This document shows, piece after piece, positions 1 to 14,727 of a stretch of 64,000 nt of DNA. Positions within the stretch are counted from its first letter, which is position 1; every line of letters begins with the position of its first letter. Under the pieces are notes generated by a model. The model ran no database searches. It worked only from the letters and a program-made list of their open reading frames with translations, and was not told the DNA's origin. The translations under genes and the position numbers were made by a program. Source of the stretch: Haplodiscus bocki (Eukaryota); the NCBI GenBank assembly GCA_965655095.1, contig OZ296652.1:54064001-54128000 (forward strand), given 5' to 3'.

Positions 1-580
1 ATCATATTTTTTGGGAAACGGAATTTCTTAATATCTGCTATTGACTTCTATCTAGTAAAAAATGAATTTCTTTCACATTTAATCTGATGCTTAGTCATAT
101 TATTACCAGAATTGTTAAACTTCACAATTTAATGTGGTTTTTTCCATAAAGATGTGAAGTGAAATTTTTGTTTATTACAATACGTTATCATAATTTCATG
201 AAAATTACGAACGTTTTCTCATATAATGGCCATAATATGGTGCAAATTATGACTTTCATGGAATCATACATCATTATGGCTATAGAAGTCATAAATTTCA
301 CCATTTTATGGACCTTTTATGAATGTCATGACATCCATTTGACGTTATGAAACAGTATATGACCTTCATGTTTTCATATACTACCATAAATGACATTGTA
401 TGAGTTCAATGTCATTTTGATGGAGGTCACCTTGGAATTGTAGAACTAAATGAAAAAGAGGAAAAACTCGTCAACGATTCTGAAAACAAAATACGAAGGA
501 GGATGTCACAAGGATTTATTTGGAAAAGTGGCGCGAATTTTACCCTAAAGTTGTCAACTTTGATGTAATACATGTTTTAG

Positions 581-716
581 ATGTGTTGGTAAATGGAATC
601 TGAAGCTGAAAGCTGTGGTGGCATACTCCGCTCGACATGCAAAGCAAGAAGAAGCTCGCAAGTCTGCCATTCGAATCGAGCAGCATGAAGAAGAACTCGC
701 CAAATATTTCAGTTGA
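581..716 (+). other. Possible terminal exon of an upstream gene or gene relic
   Basis: gttttag| acceptor, higher GC, helical peptide CVGKWNLKLKAVVAYSARHAKQEEARKSAIRIEQHEEELAKYFS*, AATAAA at 802-807; no family recognised. Confidence 0.3.
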
Positions 717-1209
717 GACGACGACAAAATACACAACTGAACCTCTCTATGCACCTGATACAATATCGCTATCTAAATAACGGGTGTCCAAAACTAAGGA
801 AAATAAAATATGGTCTTTGTTGAAAACTACACTTAATTTATTTTCAGTTCTTTTCATACAAATACCTTATAGTTTAAAAACAACAGTTAGCAGAACGTCC
901 GGCTTCCTCAGCCATGGGTTTTGTGCGTGCAATTGAAAGTGTATTAATTCTATTTTGTTGGACGTCTAGGACCACCATTGCTACAAGTAAGTTAATTTAC
1001 TCGACAGAACTCAATGAAAAAGAAAATGCAGGTGTCAGCAACATTTTCTACTAGAAAAGACACAGCGTGAAGGGACCAACTGCTCGAAACAAAAATTGTG
1101 GAGTTTTTTTGACAATCTCATTAATTGCTATCAATTTAAAATAGGAATTTAAAACTAAAATTGAAAACACGCTTGCAATCAGATTACATGTTGAAAGCAT
1201 GTGACAAAA

Positions 1210-1426
1210 CCCAGTGCTTGGCGTGTTGGTTCTTTTGCCAAGATCTTGGATATTCTCGGTTTTCTTGCCAAGAAGTCCAAAAATTTTCTTGGATTCCTTT
1301 CCACGATCTTGAAAAATCTTGCCACATCTTGCGAAGCTTGCCAAGAATTATTTCCAAGATCTTGGCAAGAAATGTCAAAAATCCAAGAATTTTCTTTTCA
1401 AGAAAACCAAGACGCCAAGCACTGGG
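1210..1426. mobile_element. MITE with CCCAG termini (CACTA/EnSpm-like)
   Basis: 15-bp perfect TIR CCCAGTGCTTGGCGT, AA on both flanks, internal TCTTG(G/C)CAAGA palindromic subrepeats. Confidence 0.8.
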
Positions 1427-1699
1427 AAGTGAAAAGCGGGTCACATGGTTGTTTGCCCAAGATTTCAAATTTTTCGTTGTATTATGCAATCATATGGGAA
1501 AAATTGCGCTCAGTCGGCTGAGTTTCTTCTTTCTCCAGATTTTTACCATGACTTGCATAACATACTAAAAGTAGACTTCGTTTGATCTCACATATCTGGT
1601 TGCTGCTACTGTGGTGGTTAGTGGCGATGGCAAAGTTCACTACTACCATTTGGCTCTAAGATAGGCTGTAGGTACAATCAGAATTTTTGAAACGACTTT

Positions 1700-2960
1700 T
1701 GCATTTTCAACAACTCTCACCAGAAAAACAATTACTACCCAACAGAAAGTTTCATTTTCGGTTTTCAAAGTCTCTTATGCCAACTCTCCGAATTTGAACT
1801 TTTTAGAAATATTTTGACTATTCTGAATTGCCTGTAAAATCTCTCCGATGTTTTTTGAGAGAACCAAATAAAAACAGACACACAAATTTAAAAGTGTTTC
1901 TGATTTTTATTATTTTCCGCCTATATTTATAATATGCATGGAAAATCATCCACTCAAAACGCTGAAATCTAACGTTTTTCTTACGTTTTTGAAAATTGAT
2001 AATGCGCGACTTGACTCTAGTATCCGGTTCTGAGTTTGAAAATTTTTTATCACCAAATTTTAGCAAGTTTACCGTAGAATGCCACTGAAAAAGTAGAATT
2101 TCTCGAAGCCTACACAATTTAGGTTTTTTGAGAAATTTTTTTTCGAAAGAAAAATTGAATTTCCTCAAAATCGCATGAGGTGGCAAATTTGCGGTCGAAT
2201 GACAATCAATAATAACATTTCTTAAAATTGTCTTTTCCACCTTAATTGTGAGGTTTTTGATCGAAAAATTAGAAAATTTTCAAATTTGGGAAAAGTAGAA
2301 AATATAAAGAAGGTCATTTTTTGAAAAAAAAAAAACGTTTTCATCCTTTTAAAAGGCATCTTTATCAAAAGTGAAGAGCAGAAAAAACGCGGGTGATGGC
2401 CGGCCGTCTTGTTGCTATTACATAAAAATTTTCTTTTTTATGAAAACCATTTTCAACTTTTCAGTGTAAAAGACAAGGACTTCTCTGCAGTATTTTTTCT
2501 GCTCTTTGTACCGGTCTCATATATTTCAGTTACGCCTAACCTCTTTTTAAAAAGCATTCCATTTTATTTTGAATAAATTAAAATGCATTGTTTGAATTGA
2601 AGGTGTAACGGTCAAAGCTGACATATCCAGTCGGAACCGGAAAACTATTATTTTTTGCCATATTTCAATACTGTTGGAAAATCATATCAACGTGTGCGTG
2701 TTTAACGTTTACTTGCCAATTGCATGAAAATCGCCAATTGCGCACGTTCTGTCTCCGAATTTTTTTTACCGGCAAAAAGATATCATACCTGTTTTAGAAA
2801 TTAAATAAAAGAGTAGCACTTCCTTAAACCTTTTTATTGTCCAAACTTTGTGTTCTTTTGACGAAAATGGAGAACTCAGAATTCGGGAGAAGGTGAAAAG
2901 CTTGCTGTAGAAGACATGAAGGTTATACTCTTCAAAAAAACGTTTCTAAAAGCTGCAGGG
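1700..2960 (+). repeat. Two adjacent copies/fragments of the same dispersed repeat family
   Basis: Terminus GGCCGGCCGTCTTGTT at ~2398-2413; 2690-2950 aligns by eye with 14295-14690; left boundary approximate. Confidence 0.6.
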
Positions 2961-5589
2961 TCAACTTTATCATGGTCGAAGCCAAGCTAAAATTTTGTTA
3001 TCCGACGAAAAACCGGATTTCAAAATGTTCCCTGTGTAAGTTTTTTCTCACTTTACCATCACATATTTTCTTAATGCCGTCTCTTGCAGCAAAATAGTGG
3101 AATCGGTTGTCCATTTAACGAAATTGTAGAACGTGCTAACAGTTTGTGGATTGTTCACCTCAATTAAAGGTTCTTTTCAGATTGTTTTAGAAGAAAAACT
3201 TTACAAATGAAATTTTTCTCCGGCCTAAACCGAACTGAAGAGAAACAATGAAATCCGGTCACCTTTTATGGCCAGACTGCGATTACGTTAGACCTCTAAT
3301 TTGAAAATGAAGCAATTATAGCGTTCACATACAGTGGATTGTTGTAGAATAATGAAATCCTAAACTTAGCAAAAAAGAACTAACAAACAGAATCACCCCA
3401 AAACGCACTTCTAAAATTGCCTCTTTTAACAACAAACAAACCAAAGCCCTTAAAGTTACGCTTAAAAAATTCACAAGTACAAACTCCATTCAAAATTTTC
3501 AGAGCGCGCACTCAATTCTCCTCAATTGGAAACACAAATTTTGAAAAAAGTTTCTTACCACCTGCAACTTTTCTACACATACAATTTTGCATCACATACA
3601 AATTTGAGATCAGACAAAAAGTTTTCGGTCAAAAAGAAAACAGTTGCATGAAACTAAAATCACTGTATGTATTAGAGCTCTGTAGGGTACCCTTCCTTTA
3701 AGTATTCTTTATGAGAACGAACAACTGTACAATAACTTTCAGAGCAGTTTCCCTTAAAATCAATTATCTTATTGTTCAACACAATTTCCTTCAGAATTTT
3801 TGGAGAAATTCCCTCCAGAGTAAAGCATTCGAGAGAACAAACAATGTTTGGTGTTGGGTTAAATGCGAGGGTTTTTTGTCCGGCAATTTTTCAGGCAATT
3901 TTTGCTGTTTGCTAGCAGTGCACAGTGAGTAGCATTTTGAGTTTGTCACTTTCTGGTGACCATGCACCAAACTGCTTGAAAGTTGTCACATAGAGCAGTT
4001 AAATACAGTTTGTGTGCACAGTAGAAGTTATCACAAATGACAACTTCCATTTTTATGGCAAGTCATCAGAACTGCGAGTTGGGCACCACTTTTACGCTCG
4101 GAACGTGAAAACAATAACAATAGAAGGTTATCAATTTTTGCTCCAATAAACAACGCTACTTCATGTATTTGGATACAATGCTGAAAGTTTTCTAACAAAA
4201 AAGTCAAAACGCCTAAATAGAATATAGAATCGCACAAAAAAGCCTTAATCGGAGACAACAAGTACAGGAAGAAATAACCCAGCTAAAAGAATCACTTCAA
4301 AATTTGGACCGAAATAAGACAGTAGATGAAGTGCGTTTATGTTTCTGTGCTGATTCTGGTCCTTTTTTAGTGCGTGCTAAACTATTCAATGATCTCACTA
4401 AACAGTTGTCTGACCATAGTAACAAATAGTTGCCTTTCGAACAACACTTTGAAACTCCCTCAACAAAAAAGAATCGTAATACTTGGCCAAATCATAGAAT
4501 TCATGCAGAATCAGATATATACAAACCTCATGGTCGAGAAATTTGAATTCAAATCCGCTGTAGAACGAAAGAAACACAGGCTATATGCTAAGAAAGAAGA
4601 GAATTTAAGGTAATCGATTCCGTGAGAGAAACTTTAACTGACAATATACGCGAAAGTTTTCAGTAGTATTAACACGAAGGTTTGTATGATACCTTCCCAA
4701 AAATTGATCTTGTTTGGGCACAAAATGTAATATTCACAGATGAACACGTTATAGAGAAATTGGGATGTTTTATCGGTACCAGCGTTGGTGAAAAAGATGT
4801 ATCATATTTGACACCCTATACCAGACACAACATAAGTGAAACCTTTTAGGCTGACCAGTAAAAGTATATAGCTATTATTCGACACTGATTCAAATTTAAA
4901 AACGACGAAATTTACTTTAAACTTCTGTCTGAAGCGTAAATGTTTTAAACCGAAGGAAATGTTTTTTACCTCACATAACCCCGATGGCAAAAATTTGGAG
5001 GAAGTGTTACATAAATAATTAATGGAAGTCAAATGCTTCAATATTTATCGATAAATCCTCATTTTTTTGAGTTAACTTTTTGAAGAAGAACAAAAAAACC
5101 TAAATGTTGCTACAAGAAATATGGTCTAATAAGTTGTGTTTTGAACACAGCTGACGCTCTATTAATTGTTGAAGCACCATACATCAACGTTAGCTTTTAA
5201 GTAGTTGGTTTTGGCTGGATAGTGTTTTCAATAGCAGCCACAGTTTTTTCCACAAACAGAATTGAAAATTTCCACGAACAGCATTTGGGTAAAGCTTCGG
5301 TCTTAACCCAAACCAGTGGTATTAAAAAATATTGTTTCAAAAACCCTAGAGGAGTTTAGAAAGTTATCTTTCAGATACTTGGACAAAAACCAATTAGTTG
5401 AACTAGAGTATAAAAATCTTTCTAGCTCAACTCTGAAGTGTACAAAAAAGAAAAGTAGCGTGGAAGTGTCATGTTAGGGAGCAACCATTTTTTCTCAATC
5501 GAACGAAGAAGATGTTTTGTTTAAAACAGAACATTCTCTCCACGATGAAAATTAAAGGTTTAAGTAAAAATAATCTCTAAAAGTATACT

Positions 5590-6056
5590 AGTAAAAATTT
5601 TGACTTCACATCAGAACCAGCAATATCAATTTAGAAATTTTGAACAGTTCTAACATTATGATTGAATAAATTGATGACATCACTATCATCTCCTATGACT
5701 GAAGGAAAATCAAATTAGAGTTGTGATGAATGACAAAAATCCACATCAACAAGTCTTCCTTTAGTACAAGGTAGATCAATCAGACTTTGATTAGAATCAA
5801 GTGCATCATCAAACAAAACGACGTATTTCTAAGATTCAATCAATTCTTTCACTTCTTTTGAGAAGATTGAAATTGAGATATCCTGAAAGAGTTCTAAATA
5901 CAGAGAACTTTTTCCAAAATGTTCTCCCTATTTTTTAAAAGATTTAATCATAATCCGTACTTATTTATCAGGATATATTGATTTTTTTAGTTTTTTAGGG
6001 ATTAAATGTGATACAATGCAGCGACAAGGTCCAACAACCAGGGTCCTGTTAAACAT
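5590..6056 (-). mobile_element. Decayed Polinton/adintovirus A32-like packaging ATPase
   Basis: Minus strand reads MFNRTLVVGPCRCIVSHLI (eroded Walker A) and KYVVLFDDALDSNQSLIDLPCTKGRLVDVDFCHSSQL*FDFP...INLFN...DIAGSD (Walker B, GR[H] and SQ motifs). Confidence 0.7.
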
Positions 6057-8984
6057 TTCAACAATTCTTCTTTGGAGGGAACATCTTTTTTTCCGGAGGA
6101 AGATCAGGAAATTCAAACAACGGGTCTCTTCCGGATTTGAAAAAACTTTTTTGTGTTACCACCTTTAACAGGCATTTCTCTGGTAGAATCACCAGAGTTA
6201 TGAATAACTTTTTGATTGCATTTGTATGAGGAAATTCTGTTAAAAAATAAACTCATTTTTCCGGCAAAATAAAATTCAATTTTTACATTTTTTTTAAATA
6301 AAAAATGCAATGTTTGGAGCTGCTGCATACCTTACCACTTTTGTTGTAAATACGAAACAGTCCTGAAATTTCTGATGCGAAGCGTTCAAAACACACCATG
6401 TTACTTTCGGGTTTCTGACGAATTGTATAAAAGCTCAGTTTTCCGAAGTTTTAAATGTACTCATTTGTTTAGTAAAATTAGATTTAGTACGAAAATATAT
6501 TGAACCTAAATGGTGGTACCAAGTAATGTTTTTTTTTGGAAATTACTCAACCCAAGTAGCTTTAAATGGTTTAGTCTTTTTCAGGAACAATTTAGAGCAT
6601 ATTCTTCGAAAAGAAACTAAAAATTTTCTCAAAATGATTGAGAAGTTGTATTTTTACTTCCTGCTTTGTGCCGTATTATTTCTATTGCATTAATGCTGAA
6701 TGGGGGTCCCTTTCATAGGTAAATTTGTTTTTAATCTTTAAAAAAAGAAGAGGAAAACATGAATTAGTGAGAAAAGTGGGAGAAAAGGGTGAGAAAATCT
6801 TTCACATATTTGTGTTTATTGAACGTTTTACATTTTTTTCCAACAAAATCAGTGATAAGTTCTTCTAATCACGGTTTAAAAATTTCAGTTCAATCTTGCG
6901 ATTAACTCCGTCTGAGATTTCTTTCGCTTTTGACGCATTTACTTTCATCATTCTTTGTAAAAATTAAACAACAGAGTTGAAAGCTCTTGTGTGGGGAGTA
7001 GTTTCCATAATCGGGTCTGACATGTGTTACAAAAAAATTCAATTTTCAAAAAAAATTGTATCTTCAGTGAAAGAGGTTGTGTCCATTTCTGTAAATTCAG
7101 TTGTGTCAAAGGAAATTTTCTGCGATTTTTTTGCTGGGAAAGGTTTTATCATAATCTTCATTTAGTGTTTCAAAACTTTTATCCCATGAATCCGGTTTAA
7201 CGATTTCAATTTCATTTTGATTTCTGAAAAGTTACAACTTATCTAGAATACTTTTTTCTCTTAAACTTTGCTTGAAAATTTTTTTCGAAAAGTCAACCGG
7301 GTTTATTTAGTGTTAAGTGACTACGGATAAAATTTCGCGGACTGTTCAAAATTTTTTCTAGCATGTCATGTTGAGCCAAATAATAAAGTTGTACGTTTCT
7401 TTGCCCATGATTTTCAAGGGAACTGTTCTGGATTTTGTTTCAACCAGATAAAAACGACTGCGTCCTCCTTTGTAATTGTTCAATCGGAGGTTTTGTCGAT
7501 TTCAGTTTTTCCAAGCTGTGCAAAATTCAACAAACTCACCCGGGGCCACTCGGGTCGCCACCAAATGCTGTAAAACACGTCTTTAGTGTTGTCCAATAGT
7601 GTGTTAGGAAAAAAATTTAATCATATCACCTCCACAAAACAATGAAAACAAATGCTTCTTGTTGTCTGTAATCTTAGATTTCGCAGAAGCTTCTCTGATG
7701 AAAGGAAGGAATTTCATTGTGACTGAACCAAAAACAATTACATTGTATATATCTTTTTAATCATTTTTCTTTCCGTGCCGTTATTACATTACCTTAGGAA
7801 ACATAATTAAATGCAGTGCAATGAATAAAAGTTTGATTGTTTCGTTCCAATCAACTCACTCATTTCAGTTGTCAGGTGTTTCCTGACTTTTAACTTTGAC
7901 AGTTCATCCATTTGTGAATGGACAGAAGGACATTTACCTAAGAATTTTCCCTCAGTTGACAAAACTTTCAAAGAGTGAATATCATAATTCATTTTAAGGA
8001 TGAATGTTTGTCCATCGACCTGATTGATAATTTTTCTAGATGTAAGCAAACAAAAGGTTGCAAAATTGGTTATACTCATTTAGACACAAATCCGCGTGGG
8101 AAAAACCCATAAAAGATAAACAAGGAATATATATCAGAGAAACCTTTAAAACTGTGTTCACCAAATGCACAGCAGGAAAAATTTGGTCGGATAGAGTTAA
8201 GAAAAATTCAGAAAATAATTCTGAAAAAGTGAACAAATTGAATTGTTTCCTGCGCAGTGTGATATTAAAGCTTTTTTGAGGAATGTCCCGAGAGAGCAGA
8301 ACTCTTTTGGATCTAATGGAAGTGTCAATTTCCATAGAAGGAAAAAGAAACGGAATGGCTTTTTGTGGAACTGCTCTAAATAGGTACAAAAAAGAAAATG
8401 CATAGTACAAACACGAAGATTTCTGCTGAATAATTAAAATGAAGGAAATCTCTTCAATCGGTTTTTCCTCATTAGGAAGGTCCTCAAACGGAAAGCATTA
8501 AAAGATATTACCTCACAAATGGGAAAGGAGTTATTTCACACCCTGAAATAAATTTTAGAATACAGATCCTGACAAACCCATTTTTTGCAGCAAACGTTTT
8601 TTCAACAAATTGGTATAAACAATCAGGAAACCCATTTAGCTAGTAATATATGCACTGGCGTTTGTACAGGCTGAAAAAATTCTAGCAAATATTAATGAAC
8701 AAGAAAATTTTGATGGTATTTTTCATTTTGATTCAAACAAAAAAATACCAAGAAATTGGTATAATGTTGATCATTTCCAGAAAATTGGATTTCATGGAAC
8801 ACTTTTTCCAGAATGTTTTTGGTTTTTAAATTCAACAGTTCTTACCTTTCTTTTGAGAGGGGTTTTTACGTCGATTGGGATTTTTTTATCTAAACGTAAT
8901 TTGTCTCATAAGTTCCGATGTTTTTCATTTATTAGTTTATGATTTTCGAGAGTGAAAATTTAGCGCCGTTACTGTAAATCTTTT

Positions 8985-9200
8985 TTTTGAACAAAGAAAA
9001 AGCATATAAGCAGTCTGATGCGCAAAATCTATCACGTAGCAAAGTTTGATATCTGAACATAATCGTATTCCAAACAGTTTTTGTAGTTTGATTTATTGTA
9101 ACCTGGGGTTATCGACATCTGTTAGAATCAAAATAGTAGTGGTCTGTGTATGAAAGCCAATGTGTTCGGTTTTCTGGTTGTGAATTCACTTTTCCTGGAT
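8985..9200 (-). mobile_element. Decayed Polinton/adintovirus adenain-type cysteine protease
   Basis: Minus strand reads GKVNSQPENRTHWLSYTDHYYFDSNRCR*P...YQTLLRDRFCASDCLYAF (THW, YFDS, Q..C catalytic motifs) with one stop. Confidence 0.7.
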
Positions 9201-10169
9201 TTCGTAGGATGTGGGTATCAAGCATAAACCTTGGTGCGAATGTTCCTAGCTCATCCAGTGTTTGGAGTTTTCTATACATGGTATAACTCCGTTTAATTTG
9301 TGTTCACTTAGAAATTCTTTGAAGGTTTTCGTACTAACAATCAGAAAAGCTTTTTTGTTTTTGTTTTCATAAACGAAGAAGGAAAATTAGAACTAAAAAT
9401 TGTTTTAAGTGATAACCTTTTGTGTGAGCAAAATTTGTAGTAACTTTTAGGGTTTTCTATCGGAAGGGAAAAATTTGAAAGATGCACATTTGCGTGTGAT
9501 GAAAACTTGCTTTTAGAGATCGTGTTACCAGTTGACAGGACTTCAGCGCGCACTGTAAAATTTTTCGGAAAGGATTGTTTTCATGTAAAATATTATTTAC
9601 GAATCCTTTCATAGGTTTCGTGGTGTTTTTTGTTCAAAGTAGGCTCTTTTTTAAATGGGTTTTGGAATATCTTTGATGTCTTTAAGTGCTGTGATTTTTC
9701 AATTTGCCAATTTGTTGTTTTCTAATTTTTTTAAAAAAAAAACCCACTCTTTTAAAAGTATCAGAGCTAAACTTTACTGGTATGCTCCTCAAAGTGAAAT
9801 CCTCAGAAAGAATTGTTACTTGATGCTTCAAAAGCTACAGTGCAACACCGTTGATTGAAGACACTTTCAGTTCTGAATGGACCAGGAACATTTGAGGTGC
9901 TGTTCTTCGAAAAAGGCAAAAAGCATGAGAAAATTACAAATTTTGGAGAAAAATTGTAGAACGTGGTTCTCGGTCGCACTTTGAAAATTGCTGTCGATGG
10001 GACACGGAAAATGTCCATCGAACATAAAATTATTCAGTTCTGGAGAGAAACCGAATATTGACAATGAAAAATCTCCAGTGAGACTTTTTCCGAAAACCCC
10101 GAGAGGGTAGCCATAGAGAAGTTTTTGTTCGAAAAGAGTCAAAAGAAGAACAAAAATTTGACTTTGTGG

Positions 10170-11050
10170 TATTTCCTGGCTATCACGTTTTCAGAAAGGG
10201 AACAAAGTAAGAGATTGTTCAATATAGACGTTATCTGACACCTGAATGTTTAAATTCGTCGATTCAAAACTCGATAGAAAAGTTCAAAGTTGTAGTTATT
10301 GAGAAGGACGAATGTGACTATCGAGGTATGTCTGGAGTAATATCGCTTTGGCAACTTTTGGCCAATCAAGAATAAAACTTCGATGCAAAGATCAAGTTTC
10401 CCGAAAACAAGAAACCAATATTCCGTCTCAGTTAAAAATATTATCGATTGATATTTTGATGGAAAAATGAGGTAGGTAGAGCTGAATAAAGATGAATCTT
10501 AATATCGAGGCATGAGGCGACTTAAAACGCTTTCTGGAATTTTTCGTCTATCAAGACTCCACTGCTTGGATGGAAATCCATGTCACGGAAAAAACTGAAC
10601 CTGCAGCCCCAGTGAAAGATGAGTATGAAACTCGAAATGAATTAACAACTTCTTGTTATTAGCACGCTATTAGCACTTATTGAATTTTCTGGACTATCAA
10701 GGTTCCGAAACAAGGAACAAACTCGATTTTTTTCACTGTAGTACCCGTGTACAATTAGAAAACTTTCCACGCAGACATATATGAAAAAATTGAACCTAGT
10801 TTTTTTGGAAGATAGTGAGTTGCAACTTCAAGAAACTCAATGCCAATTGCTCAATTGCTCTTTCTTTTATTGCCCCTAGAAGGAACTCACAGAACGGTAT
10901 TATCTTCGATCAGCAATTTTTCTGAAGTATAATCATTTTTGTGATCCTGGAGAAACTAGGAGAGCGTAGAACACTGCAACCAAAAATTTCTGAAGACAAA
11001 CTAGATAGTAACTCTCATAGTTGAACGTTTTATCAGACTTCCAAATTTTT
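10170..11050. repeat. Degenerate tandem array related to 16740-18720
   Basis: Same motif near 10175, 10358, 10545, 10688. Confidence 0.55.
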
Positions 11051-11239
11051 TTTTTCGGTTTTTTAATAAAGACAATTTTGAGAAACATCGATTTGTTTCA
11101 ATTACGTTGAGAAACATGTGAAATTCGGGGAAAAAGTCCACTTTTCAAAAAGCGCTAAAAATTCTCCGGAAACCTCTGCCTTCCGCTATTAAAAAAAACA
11201 AAAATATATAACAGAGTTTTGAGAAAATTTTTTAATAAT

Positions 11240-11450
11240 TATGGTCAGTAGCAGGATTCGAACCCCCTACATGTGGGCTACCTGACCTCAGTGCTACCCC
11301 ACATATGTATCATGCAAGTCACCAAGGTTCTGCAGACATTCCGTTCGTCATGGGCAAAATCAGGAAAAGGAAAAAAACTCCGACTACTGAAATGATTTTT
11401 TTCCTTTCGAAAAATGTTTTTGACGAAAAATAAAAATCTGTCTGAAGGCT
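11240..11450 (-). repeat. Dispersed repeat with tRNA-like B box (SINE-like)
   Basis: GGTTCGAATCC on the minus strand at 11254-11264; the ~200 bp block is homologous to 19030-19235. Confidence 0.6.
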
Positions 11451-14229
11451 TGCCTAAAAACGATAAAATTAGGCACTTAAATCCGAACTTTGGCTTTTTT
11501 CATCCCTCCCCACACCACAGACGATTTTTTTTCATCAAGTTTTCGATTTAAATTTTTTATATTGGAATTTTTTAGGCACCATTATTCGACATTTTTTCAA
11601 AGCAAAATAAAAGAAACGTGAAAATCTTATTATTATCTATTCGAAATTTCATTTAACTGACACTTTGGCAACAAGTATGGAAGAAAAGATCCCAAGTTGT
11701 TTAATGCTATATGTTGAAATGAGGATTTTTGAAGAATGTTCCATTATCACGTCATTAAGAGTGAAGAGTCCGACAACAGGCTCATTTAGAATTGATTTGC
11801 CTTGGACAGAACTGCAAAAATTATTGCATTTGCAGCCACAAATGCCACCATAGCTTCCAAACTTCTGAAAGTGCGACAATTTTTGCTGTTTTGTATAAAC
11901 TGGAAAGTTTATCGAGTACCGCTTTTGTTTGTTTCCTTTTTTGCCGAAAAAGAAAAAATACATTCTGAAAAATTTGGAAATTTGACTTTCACCATAGTGT
12001 TCAGAGTACAAAAGAGTAACAGTTTGACTTTTCTGGAACTACGAGAATGTTCCTGAAAAAAATGGAGAACTTTTCCGAAAATCAAAATATCCCAAAACGC
12101 AAAAAAGTCCATTACGATTTTGCACCGCCTACGGTTGCTCTCGGCATGTTTTTCCCGGTTACAAGTCAAAATCTCCTATGTTAAAATTTCCTCACTCATA
12201 ATCTCCGAGGTCTAAATCCCTGAAGTCAAAATTTTTAAATTATCTTTAAATCAAGACACGTGAACATAATTAAGTTCATTGGTGAACTAATCGCTAATCG
12301 CACCTTATTAAGAAATTTGTTTAAAGATTACACCAGTGAATTGTCAACCGAGCTTTTCTATTTTACTACAGTCAATTTGTAGAAATATCATCAACAACCA
12401 TAAAATGTTCTGAGAAGTTGTACATAGGAAAATGTCTCAAATTTTTGCGTAGATTTCGTTGGATTTCATTTGAAAATTTTCTGATAAGTTCTGCAAATTG
12501 CCTACGACTGGTAGCGTGAACAACAATAAAACTGTGGGTTTCGATTTTTTAAGCAATTTCAACATTTTTTTGCCATTTGATTTCTTATATGTTCTTGTAA
12601 TCCTCCCTTCGCCCATTTTCAAATTTTTCGACTCAAAAAAATTAAAAGAGCATATGACAAAAAGTTCATAAAAACCCTGTGCATATACAAATTTTCGTTC
12701 AAAAAGTGAATACCAAAAATTTTAGGGATGCGGCTTTGCTAACACTGACATTTTTGGAAAATTTTTGAACGCCATTGATACTGAAAATACCCCAGCCCAA
12801 GTACAGAAGTGTTTTTGAAATGAACAAATACCAAGAATTGGTAGAAGATCTCAAGGATGACCTTGGTTATAGCATTTGGTAAGCAACCTCATATATGCCG
12901 TTGATAGGAGTATCTAAACAAAGCAATCGCTGAATTACTGGCGATTAATTTCGTTTTTTCATTCCTTTTTGGTGTAATTATCTCCGCCAATTATGGATTA
13001 ACATTAAAAAGGATGAATGATTACACAACGAGCCAACTAGAGTCCAAGTAAGTAAAAATCATCTAAAATATTATGATAGTGAGATTTTTCTTTTTCTTGT
13101 TTTGCCCACGACAAGCAAACTTTCGATATTTGGCTTGAATAGCAAAATTATTTGAACCAAAATATCAGTCGGCTTTTGCACTAATGGATAATGACCAACA
13201 GAAAAAATTAATGAACTCCAGCTACGACGAAGGTCCGGGTTTGAGCCCCACTAAATGCAGACAGTTTTTTCAGTTGTTTAAGAGCTTTAGTACCTTTTAC
13301 TTGGAAAACTAATTTTTCGATCTCATTGAATTCTATTGTCCACTTTTAGGAAAACTTTTTGCAAGTTTTAAGAAAAAATGTATTTTTCAATTTTGTTGCA
13401 AGCGACTTTCTAGGAAGAAAAAACCTTAAAATTTTTCCGGAAAGTTTTCAAATTTCTGCCAAAATTTGTTTCCATGGCTTCATTTTGAGAATTGACCAAC
13501 AATTTTGACTAACAAGCTAATGCTTGAGCTTTGAGCTGTTGTGAGGGATTTTAAACACAATTTTAACGAGGTGGGCCTGAATGGAAATATCAGAAAAATT
13601 TCGACAACTTCCGGTTAAATTTTTTCAAAAAATTGCTGTTCTGGAATATTTTTGAAGATATTCGAAAAATTTTCAATATATCTGTTCTTGTGCCGCTGGC
13701 AACAAATATACTGAAGTAAAATAACGCAGCCATTTTTTTTTGAAATTAGAGATTGAAAACGAAAATCGACGTTGCAGTTAATTTTTCATCATGAAACTAG
13801 AAACGAGAACACATTTTTCCATTCAGAATTCATTCTGCAACATCATTTTTACCAATTTCGGAAAGAAAATAAGCAATTGAAATGCTTGACCGTGCAGCAT
13901 TCAAAAAACAAATCGGGACTTTTTCACTACAAAAAAATCAAGAATTATCCGCCGAAATTTTTGAAAAAAAATATCAAATGAACTCTCTATAAACAAGTCT
14001 AGCATCAACGGAGAACAATTTGATAAAAAGATCAGCAAAATGTTTGTATTTTTTCTCAATCAGCATCTCTACATGGTTCAATTTACCTCGAAGGTGAATG
14101 AAAAGTTTCGAGAAATTAATGCCCGGACAAGTTACCTCATGTATTTCAAATCTTGCTGGATATAGAGGCTATTAGTTTATCCCTATATCCAAAAATCATA
14201 GCTTCAAGTTTCCAAATTCCACTGTTGCA

Positions 14230-14727
14230 TTATTTTTTCTCCAGTATGAAATCGCAGTGCTCTGTCTTTTGTTATTTTCTGCCACATTTCATTTGGTGCG
14301 TGCATTTTTTTCAATGTTACTTGCCAAATGCACGAAAATAGCTATTGTGCACTTTCTGTCTCCGATTTTTTTTACCAATAAAAAGCAGCAAATTTACCGT
14401 ATAATGTGACTGAAACAGTAACATTTCTAAAAAAAAGAAAAGTAGGGTCTTCTGTAAAAGAAGTTAATTTTTTCCAGAGAAACCCGATTTTTCAAAAATG
14501 GATAAAGATATCATACTCTTTGTAGAAATCGTGTAAAATAGTAACACTTCTTTAAGCCTCTTAATTGTCGAAAATTTGTGTTCTTTTGAAAAAAGTAGAA
14601 AAATTCAAAATTCATCAGAAGGTAAAAAATTTGCTGTAGAAAACATAAAAGGGTTATTTTTTGAAAAAAAAGATTTCTTCTAAAGGATCAAAGGCCGAAA
14701 ATACCTGAGGTAGCCGGCCGTCTTGTT
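14230..14727 (+). repeat. Dispersed repeat family ending (T/G)AGCCGGCCGTCTTGTT
   Basis: Clear similarity to 2640-2960 and to the reverse complement of ~31220-31320; same terminus at ~2398-2413 and ~45783-45801. Confidence 0.75.

Noticed and set aside
1051-1568. Cluster of overlapping 97-135 aa ORFs
   Set aside because: They arise from the stop-poor palindromic repeats of the MITE.
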